A DNA stretch of 64,000 nt from Candidatus Woesearchaeota archaeon (GTDB taxonomy: Archaea; Nanobdellota; Nanobdellia; Pacearchaeales; GW2011-AR1): NCBI GenBank assembly GCA_964497435.1, contig CAZCCD010000003.1, forward strand, positions 53,683 to 117,682. The letters run 5' to 3'. Positions 1 through 8,900 of this stretch are shown here, in pieces. Every line of letters begins with the position of its first letter. Positions within the stretch are counted from its first letter, which is position 1. Under the pieces are notes generated by a model that saw only the letters and a program-made list of their open reading frames with translations, searched no databases and was not told the origin of the DNA. A program made the position numbers and the translations under genes.

Positions 1-1439
1 AAATCAATTTTTAATTTCATAAATTCCTTGATTTTAATTAAATTATGTTTTTTCCACCATACATATCTCTGCTTTTTAACATTTAATTCTTTTAAGGAAT
101 ATTTCTCAAAAACATTTTTAATCGGGTCTCCGCATAAAAAATCTTCCTCAAAAATTTGAAGATGATCCATTAAATTTATTTCATTAACTTTATTACCTTC
201 AATTGGAAGAGTCCTTGGAACAGCGATGAATGACCTCCCCTCTTTCAAATCAGTTGGTTTAATCTCGATAAGCCCATCTTCCCCTAAAGAAAAAAGAGAG
301 TGATCTTGAGTTACTTTTATCTTTCTTCCTGTAGATGTTAATACTTCATAAATATCTTTTTTAACTTTGTGTTTAATGTATGAGCTTGGTTTAACAAAAA
401 TAATCTTGCCTTTTTCATCAATTGTCATAACTTCTGCATCTATTTTCTTTTCTACAAATTCTTTAATAGTTACATTTCTAATAATTCCTTTTTCCTTCAC
501 AATTATTTTTGAATCACCTGTAACACTGTCTTCAATACTGACGATTCTTGCTTCTGGAGGTATAAAGAATACTATCGCATTCAACAAAGTCGTTTTTCCC
601 GACGCTGTTCCTCCTGTTATAAGTATATTCATCTTATATTCTATTAAAAGCCACAGATAAGCTATCATTTCAGGGCTTAGAGTGTTCATTGACAATAATT
701 TAGGAGGAGTCCAGGGAGTTTTTGTGAATTTTCTAATTGTGAATGTAGGGCCCTTGCTTGTTATGTCTTTAGTGTAAGTTGCATTTACCCTGCTCCCATC
801 AGGAAGACTTCCATCAAGTATAGGATTAGCATATGAAATATATTTCCCGGCTCTTTGTGCAATCTTTTCTATAAAACTAGTAAGCCTTTCAAGGTCATTA
901 AATATAACACTTGTCCTCATATTCCTAAATATTCTATGGACTATGTATATATGATTATCGACTCCATTACACTCTACGTCCTCAACAAAATAATCTTTTA
1001 TAAGAGGATCAACCTCATTATAGCCTACAAAATCTCTAACAATATAATAATAAATTTTAGAGTAAGTTTCGTAACTCATCATTATCCCAAGCTCAACAGC
1101 TATAAGTTTGAATCTCTTGTCAATGTAATCAAGAAGATTATCAAGGCTTTTTTCAACAACCTCCTCAAAGTTAACTAGATCTCTCATTGCAGAAATTATC
1201 TGGTCTTTATATGTTTCTTCTATTTCATTTAATTGAGGTTCTTCAACATCATAAACTAACTCATAGTTTTTAAAATCCCAATAAATATGAGTAAAACAAA
1301 AAGGAGAAACTAAAGCATATCTTACATCTATCTTTGTTTTATCTCGTATTTTTTTTAAATTTGGAACTCTTGGATTAAAGTCCAGAGCTACTCTCGGATA
1401 ACTTTCTATTCCAGGAACCAGTTTACTTTTATTATCCAT
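1..1439 (-). CDS. Type IV pilus/archaellum-family secretion ATPase (FlaI/TadA/VirB11-GspE superfamily), 3'-truncated by window edge, interrupted by an intein
   Basis: Reverse translation from ATG at 1439 gives MDNKSKLVPG...; the conserved ...PDGSRVNATY...GPTFTIRKF region; Walker A GGTASGKTTLLNAI; then ...RIVSIED followed by intein-like sequence (SVTGDSKIIVKEKG..., block-B-like GRKIKVTQDHSLF). Not in ORF track because it runs off the window. Confidence 0.8.
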   Translation of the reverse strand, partial: MDNKSKLVPGIESYPRVALDFNPRVPNLKKIRDKTKIDVRYALVSPFCFTHIYWDFKNYELVYDVEEPQLNEIEETYKDQIISAMRDLVNFEEVVEKSLDNLLDYIDKRFKLIAVELGIMMSYETYSKIYYYIVRDFVGYNEVDPLIKDYFVEDVECNGVDNHIYIVHRIFRNMRTSVIFNDLERLTSFIEKIAQRAGKYISYANPILDGSLPDGSRVNATYTKDITSKGPTFTIRKFTKTPWTPPKLLSMNTLSPEMIAYLWLLIEYKMNILITGGTASGKTTLLNAIVFFIPPEARIVSIEDSVTGDSKIIVKEKGIIRNVTIKEFVEKKIDAEVMTIDEKGKIIFVKPSSYIKHKVKKDIYEVLTSTGRKIKVTQDHSLFSLGEDGLIEIKPTDLKEGRSFIAVPRTLPIEGNKVNEINLMDHLQIFEEDFLCGDPIKNVFEKYSLKELNVKKQRYVWWKKHNLIKIKEFMKLKID

Positions 1440-1977
1440 TTAACACCTCTGTATTTATTAGTGTTTTTCCAGCAACTGTTCCTTTGTTTGCTATCGAAAG
1501 TTTGTAAGGAACAGGAGCTTTATTAAGTGTTTTTGCCTCTTCTTTATTTTGGTATGATATGTTATATACTCCGCTATAGTTGCTTATTAATGTTACTTTT
1601 TTTATCCTTCCTTGATCCTCTGTCCTTGCAATTATACTTCCTACTTGAACGTCTTTTCCAGGCTGTGTAAACTCATGTTTTCCCTCAAGTTCAAAAACAA
1701 TAAAATCCTTCTGGCTATCAATTATTAATTTTCCATCTTTAATCCCTAGGTCAATTATTCTTTTATTTTCAGGCCCGCCTTCTACGACCGAATTGATTAT
1801 TAAGTTTACATCTTCTAACATATTTATACTTTGTTCAATTGTTGCTTTATCCTGTATTTCTTCAACCTTTGGCCTCGCAAATGTCAAGAAAAGGCCTATG
1901 ATTGTTAAAGCTATCAAAGTGTAAATTACAGTTTCAACCCATACCTGACCTTGCTTTCTCTTATATTTATTCACCAT
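1432..1977 (-). CDS. Archaeal type IV pilin-like protein (class III signal peptide)
   Basis: N-terminus MVNKYKRKQGQ|VWVETVIYTLIALTIIGLFL: basic residues, Gly, then a hydrophobic helix, typical of the prepilin peptidase substrate motif. Its stop overlaps the ATPase start by 8 nt. Confidence 0.6.
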   Translation of the reverse strand: MVNKYKRKQGQVWVETVIYTLIALTIIGLFLTFARPKVEEIQDKATIEQSINMLEDVNLIINSVVEGGPENKRIIDLGIKDGKLIIDSQKDFIVFELEGKHEFTQPGKDVQVGSIIARTEDQGRIKKVTLISNYSGVYNISYQNKEEAKTLNKAPVPYKLSIANKGTVAGKTLINTEVLNG

Positions 1978-2219
1978 CTTTTTTATTAAAATAATAAAGA
2001 ATTTGATTATTTAAAGTTAATCAAATTGTTTGACTCATTTTATATAATATTATTTACTTTAGTTTTTACCTTGATTTTTCAGATACTATTATAATCTTTA
2101 ATATAAATTAACTTTAAGGGATATGTTCATTGTAAGTCTTGTTTATTTTTATCATTAATATAAACATCAATTCTTGTATTAAATAGAATTAAGTTTATTT
2201 CATATAACAAAATAAATCT

Positions 2220-2747
2220 TCATATAAAGAAACAATTGTCAACTTCTGTTAATGTATCTGAAGCATCGCACTGGTTTCTGTTAACTACTGGTGCTATTTT
2301 TATTGAATCAGGCCTTCCCATTCCAGCCGAGGTTAAATTATATATGTATGTTAAGCCAGAATTTTTTGCAGGAAGAGCCACTTGAGTGTATGGTTTATTA
2401 TAAGGCCGTACATCAGTTACTGTTTTGTTTGTATAAGTAATCTTAAAACTTTTTGTCTGCCCCACTGCTGATACTGAAACTAAAAGCTCTTGAATTTCTT
2501 TATCTCCTATGTCAACTGAAAAAAGAAGGTAATTTGATGTTGCATTATAACAAGTATACTGGTCATTTAATGATACTTTTCCGAATATATCAAAACAACT
2601 TTCACTTTGTTCTAGCTTTTTTTCAGTTATATTATTTACAACAACCCAAAGCACGCCGACTAGTGTGACAGCAATAAGAATTAAAAGAAGGGTTGCAACT
2701 ACTGTCGCCATTCCTATTTTTTCTTTGTCTTTATTAATTTTTTTCAT
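2220..2747 (-). CDS. Archaeal type IV pilin-like protein (class III signal peptide)
   Basis: N-terminus ...KEKIG|MATVVATLLLILIAVTLVGVLWVVV; the rest is N-glycosylation-sequon-rich (N-x-S/T). Confidence 0.6.
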   Translation of the reverse strand: MKKINKDKEKIGMATVVATLLLILIAVTLVGVLWVVVNNITEKKLEQSESCFDIFGKVSLNDQYTCYNATSNYLLFSVDIGDKEIQELLVSVSAVGQTKSFKITYTNKTVTDVRPYNKPYTQVALPAKNSGLTYIYNLTSAGMGRPDSIKIAPVVNRNQCDASDTLTEVDNCFFI

Positions 2748-3227
2748 CTAAAAAACCTCAATTTCATAACTATTTTGTTTTTCATCGCAAGTATGTGTTC
2801 TTTCCCCTTTTTCAGATGTGCCAAGAAGGACAGGGGTCAATATAATACTTTCGGCAGAGCCAGTATATGAACTTATATCTTCAGAATAGCTTCCTCCTTG
2901 AGCAAGACCTTTGTCAGGCCATGTAGATATGTCTTCTAAATCCATAGACTCTCTGCTTCCTCCTCCAACTATTTTTATCTTCATTCCAAAAATAGGGATG
3001 TTTCCGTCGTTAACAATAGACAACTCTCCATTGTAGTAATCAGCCGTAAACTCTACTTTTTGGCATGTTAACTCAATATTTTCTCCTCCGAATTTTGTTA
3101 TTGTTTCTCCTCCTATTCTCCTAAACCATAAAAATATAATCAATGCAATTACAACAACCATTGCCACTAAAAGCACTGTAGCAATAACAGGAGAGACACC
3201 TTTTTTTTCACTCCTATTTTTTTTCAT
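2748..3227 (-). CDS. Archaeal type IV pilin-like protein (DUF361-like class III signal peptide)
   Basis: N-terminus ...SEKKG|VSPVIATVLLVAMVVVIALIIF, the canonical archaeal pilin pattern. Confidence 0.7.
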   Translation of the reverse strand: MKKNRSEKKGVSPVIATVLLVAMVVVIALIIFLWFRRIGGETITKFGGENIELTCQKVEFTADYYNGELSIVNDGNIPIFGMKIKIVGGGSRESMDLEDISTWPDKGLAQGGSYSEDISSYTGSAESIILTPVLLGTSEKGERTHTCDEKQNSYEIEVF

Positions 3228-3264
3228 TGTTTTAAAAAGGTATCCTTATTTTTAAATTTTTATA

Positions 3265-3825
3265 TTAACTTGAACAGCTTAATATTTCTTTGATTTTTTT
3301 CTCTGCTCCACAATTTGCAAAATCACGCTTATTTTCTCTTTCCTGCCATCTTGCAGGTGTTATTTCTAATGTTGATATAGGGCCTACATTATTTAAATTG
3401 TAAATATGAGTTATTTCGTTTCCAGGATAAAAAGAGTTGTTGTTTCCTTCAGCAAAAAGCACAGCTTCCCTGAATTTATATACATTTCCAGTATTAACTA
3501 GACTATCTATTAAACTTATTGTTGCCTGTTTTTCAGGATTGTCACTGGCCTTTATTATATATCCAGCAATATCAAACCTTCCATTATTGACTAGAGTTAT
3601 ATTCAGCACGCTGCCTGTGCAGTTGTAAAAATAACTTTTAACTCCTATAGATGTTCCATCAGGACATTCAATCTTTTCTTGAGGAACATAAGATTTCATC
3701 CACATATAGAGTATTCCGCCCATTACAACAGCTATGGCTACTAAAAGCACATATCCTATTAGCTCGCTTACACCGCTTCTACTTTTCCAAAATACCTTAG
3801 TTTGTCGCAACATAAATTTCACCAT
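3265..3825 (-). CDS. Archaeal type IV pilin-like protein
   Basis: N-terminus ...KSRSG|VSELIGYVLLVAIAVVMGGILY. Confidence 0.6.
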   Translation of the reverse strand: MVKFMLRQTKVFWKSRSGVSELIGYVLLVAIAVVMGGILYMWMKSYVPQEKIECPDGTSIGVKSYFYNCTGSVLNITLVNNGRFDIAGYIIKASDNPEKQATISLIDSLVNTGNVYKFREAVLFAEGNNNSFYPGNEITHIYNLNNVGPISTLEITPARWQERENKRDFANCGAEKKIKEILSCSS

Positions 3826-4333
3826 TTATTTCTTGAGATATTATGAAATAAAAATTTTCTCCTTTTCTTATTTCAAAAGTGTAATTTGTATCATATTTCT
3901 GGACATTTATTACATACTTAACAGGGCTCCCATATGAAGTTATACTTGATGGAATTGTTATCTTGTTTCCATTATCATATGTAAATGTATCCATATTAAT
4001 TACATCGGGGCCTATTGGTGGTGTTGTCCTGTTTCCTACTATGTATATTATTTCAACATCTTCTCTGACATAACTCGAGAAATTCCTTGTGAAGCTATTC
4101 CACGAATATACTCCAGTATATGCTCCTTGATTTAATATTTTCCCACTTTCAACACCCAATTCTTCAGCAAGTTTTTCTACTCTTGTATTGATTATTTTTT
4201 TTGAAGTGTTTGTTATTAATATAAGGCCTGCCATGAGAGCTATTATGGCCATTGCAGCAATTAAATAAATCTGACCTCTTTTATTCGACCACGCCTGGAC
4301 AAATTGACCTCCTTTATCCTCTTTTTTAATCAT
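3797..4333 (-). CDS. Archaeal type IV pilin-like protein
   Basis: N-terminus ...SNKRG|QIYLIAAMAIIALMAGLILI (KRGQ motif). First gene of a co-directional pilin-pilin-pilin-pilin-pilin-ATPase array. Confidence 0.65.
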   Translation of the reverse strand: MIKKEDKGGQFVQAWSNKRGQIYLIAAMAIIALMAGLILITNTSKKIINTRVEKLAEELGVESGKILNQGAYTGVYSWNSFTRNFSSYVREDVEIIYIVGNRTTPPIGPDVINMDTFTYDNGNKITIPSSITSYGSPVKYVINVQKYDTNYTFEIRKGENFYFIISQEINGEIYVATN

Positions 4334-4337
4334 TAAT

Positions 4338-4375
4338 AAAATAAGAAAATGTATTATTTAAAGTTAATTAAAAAT
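4338..4375 (-). promoter_or_regulatory. Putative archaeal TATA-box promoter for the pilin operon
   Basis: Minus-strand TTTAAATAAT about 25-30 nt upstream of the ATG at 4333. Confidence 0.3.
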
Positions 4376-4442
4376 AAAATAAATATAGAGACAAGAACAA
4401 TTTGAATTAATTAAAACTAAAAATCATTTAATCTGAGTTTAC

Positions 4443-4702
4443 GTAGACTCAGAGGTTTGCTGCTTAAAACACCAAAAAGTTTTTCTTATTCTTTCTCGGT
4501 TTTGCGACCCGCCAAGCACCTTAACAAATGTTTAGGGCTGCTCCGATCAAGGCCTGACCCATTTTGCATCTGCAAGATCAAGACGGACAAAACGTCAACG
4601 TCCGAATAAGGGCTTACTGATATTCCAATCACGCCCCTCCTTACAGTCTGCCATAAAGCCCATTTGCAAGCAGCGGAGGGCTAACCCGCCAACCTAGTCT
4701 AC
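4443..4702 (-). ncRNA. Signal recognition particle RNA (SRP/7S RNA), archaeal type (boundaries approximate)
   Basis: A GC-rich island in AT-rich DNA. The minus strand has GGGUCAGGCC...GGAGCAGCC, matching the conserved helix-8 motif GUCAGGUCC/GGAAGCAGCC. The 5' GUAGACU pairs with the 3' AGUCUAC to form a terminal helix. A TATA-like TTTTTAAATAAA sits about 30 nt upstream on the minus strand. Confidence 0.65.
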
Positions 4703-4734
4703 ATTTTTACTTTAAGAATGTTTATTTAAAAACC

Positions 4735-4947
4735 TTACTCTTGAGGCGATCTGCCTGTTGAGTTTCCAAATCTATAGGAAACATACCTCTCATAGAGAGA
4801 AGGATCTCGTGGAGGCAAAGGATTTGAATGAATTGTCGTAAACAATCCTGTTGGATTAAGCTCTCCAAGCCTGTCAATTATGCTTTTCCCTATTGTTATG
4901 CTATCTACAGATTCATCTTCCTTTCTGTCGTATTCTTCATTTATCAT
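4735..4947 (-). CDS. Hypothetical small protein (uncertain)
   Basis: 70-aa ORF of non-repetitive composition directly upstream of the SRP RNA promoter; no recognisable motif. Confidence 0.3.
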   Translation of the reverse strand: MINEEYDRKEDESVDSITIGKSIIDRLGELNPTGLFTTIHSNPLPPRDPSLYERYVSYRFGNSTGRSPQE

Positions 4948-5203
4948 CTACAACACCTCTTTTTATATTATATAAACTTTATTGTATTTAAGCTTTACTT
5001 TTTGTTAATAAAATCTAGAGTATAACATAAATAATGAATACACTCGCTTTAACTCGTGCCTCGACTTTAATATTAATATAAAATTAGTAAAGTCAAAACA
5101 CTCGGCTCGTACATTAACTATAAATTAACCTAGTAAAATCTAATAGACAAATTCATAGCTGGGATTAATATTCGATATGATTTTAGAATTAATAATAAAT
5201 CAA

Positions 5204-5971
5204 TTACTTTATTGGAACAACTTTGTTATTAACAATTATCTGTTTTGGAACCTTACCTTTAGATTTTGAAAAATAATTCCATATTAATATAATTGCAAGT
5301 ATTATAATTATTAATCCAAACGACCTTGCTGGTGATTTAATAAAGTTATTTATACCAGAAAGGAAAGCACCTGTTATGCTATCTGTTACACTTGATTCAC
5401 ATTCCTTAAATGTTGCTGGTTTCAATGTTTCTGTCCCGCAGGCATTTTGATCTTCACAAGTTCTTGTCCCGCATTGGCCTTCTACATTACTCCATTTACT
5501 ACATGACCAGCTTTCTACACATGCTGTTGAGATTCCAGGCTCGTTATTTGAAGATATTGTGATGACAGAACCTCCACCGCCATTGCCACCATTTCCATTA
5601 CCTCCACCTCCACCGCCATTACCCCCATTGCCACCATTTCCATTAGGAGGCAATTCTCCACAACTTCTTGTGTTGAATGGTGGATCACAGTTTTTAGGCC
5701 TCAAATTTTCAGTATCGCATAAAGGATTTGTTTGGATGCAGATAAATGTCTTTTGATTATTCTCCTCACATGTCGTTTCATCCCAGAAACTTGAACTCCA
5801 ATCTTCTTGGCATCCTGCAAAAACTCCTCCGCCAGTGCTTACTTTTAAAAATCCATGCTCTGTTTCAGCGATTGAAAATCCAAATCCTCCAATAGCTAAC
5901 GCTAAAATAAACATCACAATTGCAAATTTTTTTTGTTTCATTTCCATCAGAACGTATTTAATTTTACTCAC
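5204..5971 (-). CDS. Cys-rich secreted, membrane-anchored protein with Gly/Asn-rich linker
   Basis: N-terminal signal/TM, many Cys, an NGNGGNGGNGGGGGGNGNGG linker, C-terminal TM helix. Its start overlaps the stop of the giant gene by 8 nt. Confidence 0.6.
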   Translation of the reverse strand: MSKIKYVLMEMKQKKFAIVMFILALAIGGFGFSIAETEHGFLKVSTGGGVFAGCQEDWSSSFWDETTCEENNQKTFICIQTNPLCDTENLRPKNCDPPFNTRSCGELPPNGNGGNGGNGGGGGGNGNGGNGGGGSVITISSNNEPGISTACVESWSCSKWSNVEGQCGTRTCEDQNACGTETLKPATFKECESSVTDSITGAFLSGINNFIKSPARSFGLIIIILAIILIWNYFSKSKGKVPKQIIVNNKVVPIK

Positions 5972-8900
5972 AATCTAAATCTTCAATATCTATATCTCCA
6001 TCACAATCATTATCTATTGAATCATCACAAACTTCAGTTTCAGGTACACACTCTGGCTCAGGCTCTTCACATATGTTTGTCAAAGATTCAATCCAGTATT
6101 CTAGCTCATGAACCCCAGGTCCTATCGCACTCATGTCTTCTGAATCAAGCTCAAGGTGCAATTCAAATTCTGTCCTGCCATTTATCTCACTGCATTGTAA
6201 CTGAAGGAATTCAGCATCTGTTATAAACCAGCATAATCCTGTTTCAGGGTCCCAGAAATCACCAACTTCTCCACATTCTTGTTCTGTTAAGCCAGATTCA
6301 TGCCTTAATCCAACTGTGGCACTCTCTCCTGTTTCAGGATTTGTTATTATAGCATTCATATCCCCAGGAGTCACAAGGCCTTCTATCTTATTTAGCCAGA
6401 ACTTAATGCTGTTGTCTCCCCTCATGCAAATATTGTAAGTAAAGTCACAAATACCGCCTTCTTCAGGGTCAATTCCGCATATTGCAGGGGTTATAAATTC
6501 AACAAAAATACCATCTAAAAGAGTTTCTTCAACTTCTTTACAATTTTCATTTCCATTACCATCTTCTGCACAGACCTTAAGAATATAATCTCCAGCAGGA
6601 AGTTCTTTGTTCATTATACCTTCCCATGTTACTGTCTGTCCATAATGCACAATATTTAAGTCAATTTCTCTAAGTGGTTCGTCTCCTTCATCTACAGGAG
6701 TTGCCCATAATTCAGCCCATGCTCTTATTACGCCTGATTTTTCATCATCTATTGAAGCAACTATTTTCTGGACACACATTTCTATTTCTCTTTCGTTTGA
6801 ATTAGGATTCCTTATTATTATTTCAGGACCTGCAGAGTCAACATTATCCCATTCAATGTTTGCTTCTCCAACATTTCCTAGGGCATCTCTGCAGAACCAT
6901 TCAATATTATGTAGTGAATCTTCCTGGAAGTTAAATCCATAACCATCTTCTTCTGTTAAAGAACAACAGAAAGGAACCCAATCTTGTGATTCTTCACTAT
7001 ACAATTCTTCAATTTCTCCTCCAAATTGTTTGCAATATTGCTCTGTTAAGAATGGAGGAGTTTCTTGATTATCGTCATCCCATGATATTCTATAACAAAG
7101 AGATTCATGGTCAACAGGATGTGGTTCTCCATCTTTACAGCTTAAAGTTATTGGTGTTTCACCTGTGACAAACCATGCAGGCCATTCTCCTTGAGGTCCG
7201 CATAATTCTTCATCACCTACACAAGGATATTTTGGCTCTCCAACTTCTTTATCTGTTAAAGGAGCTGTATTATCAACAAACACACACTGTTTATTCACTC
7301 TTTCTGTTTTTTCAACATTATCAACACTGTAGTATTCAATTAGGTGGCATGATTCCTCGGTTTTATAGAATGGAATGCCATGATAAGTGTTCCATTCACC
7401 TCGTCCAACAGCTTGCTGGCAAACATCTTGATTCAAACAGTTCTCATCATCAACAAGAGTATTTCTCCAGAAAGTTTCACTTATTCCAGAAGGATGAGGT
7501 GCCTGATCTCCACCATCAAGGTAAACAGCTGTTTCAGAGCTTATCCATGCAGGGAACCATTCTTCTTTTTCTTCATCAAACTCACACATTTCTTTTAAGC
7601 ATAATTCAAGTGCTTCACCATCTTCTCCAGCTTCATATCTGCACCAATCCTGACAAGTAAAGTAAGGACCATCAAATGACTTTGTTGTAACTGGTGGTGT
7701 TTTATCAACAATAAATGTTTCTTCATCAACTACTCTATTTCCTAGAGCATCTTCACACTCTATTACTAGATTATGGCTTGATTCTTCTGGGAATTGAACT
7801 ATAAACTCACTTCCAAGTTCATCATCGCCAGGTATAACATTTCCACCATTAACAGTGTAACTCCATTCACAAGTCACATCATTTACAGGATGAGGTTGAG
7901 GATCTTCAACACTAACATGAATTTCAGTAACACCATCAATATAACATACATCTTGGCTACCCGGTTTTGGAGGGCATTGTCCGTAACTAGGGCCCACAAT
8001 TTCTTTAGTTATTTTAGGAGGCACTGAATCAACAATATCAATTTCTCTATGTGGTTCTTCAGCTGTTCCATCTGAATTTCCAAGAGCATCAACACAATAC
8101 CATTCTAAAACATGTCTTGAATCTTCTTCTTTGTAAATTGTAACTTCTCCATCTTCTTCAACCCAATATTCAGGAGGCCGGCTTCCCTCTAAATAATCTC
8201 TCCAGTAAAGAGTCACATCATCTATTGGATGTGGTTCTTGATCAGCACAAGATAGAGTTATTGGAGTTTGTTGAGTTATGAACCAATCACACTGTCCATC
8301 TTGAGGTTCTGGTGGTTGACCGCCAATTCCACATGTACCTTCTTCAATTTCATAAGCTTTTAAATGATTATTCTCGAACATTCTTACCCAGATAGCACTC
8401 ACTGGGAAAGTAGCATCATCACACTCTAAATCTTCAGGCCTGTCTCCTGGTGCAGAAAATTCTCCGAGATTTGTCTTTGAGTCTTTGTCAAATCTAAATA
8501 TTTTATCCCCACCATTATTTGCTAAATATAAATCTTCTCCTCCAACAGCAATACCGCTATTCCCAAAAGGAATTCCTGGGGCAAAGCTATCAACAACTGA
8601 ACCAGTTAAATTTAATTCATAAACAGTTGGTCCAACATCACGACTAAACCATATTCTATCATCGCTGTCAGAATTTGGATCGTTTTCGTCATATGCTAAA
8701 CCATCACAAAAATGGAAATGATCTCCTGGAAGTGTTTCTATTAGTGTTACATCACCATTTAATTCTAATTTATATAACTTATTTGGAACACCATTTGAAC
8801 AAGCCCATATTACATTTCTCTTTGCATCATAACCCATTGCACCTAAATTTATTGCCGGACTTGTAGCCAACTCTCCTATTTCTGAGCCATCGTCTGGATT

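Noticed and set aside
367-1178. Plus-strand ORFs 367..660 and 855..1178
   Set aside because: They are antisense to the clearly conserved pilus ATPase/intein gene, and their translations are low-complexity Ile/Phe/Leu-rich; spurious.
4380-4720. RNase P RNA as an alternative identity for the GC-rich island
   Set aside because: No CR-I (AGGAAAGUCC) or CR-IV/V (ACAGAAnnCGGCUUA) motifs found on either strand, whereas the SRP helix-8 motif is present.
5580-5660. GGN/GGT-rich low-complexity stretch as a possible repeat element
   Set aside because: It is in-frame within ORF 5204..5971 and encodes the NGNGG linker; a coding low-complexity region rather than a DNA repeat.
5559-5756. Proline-rich ORF 5559..5756 and other plus-strand ORFs between 5933 and 10514
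   Set aside because: They are antisense to the giant surface-protein gene and its partner. PPPLPP reflects the poly-GGN linker read on the opposite strand.
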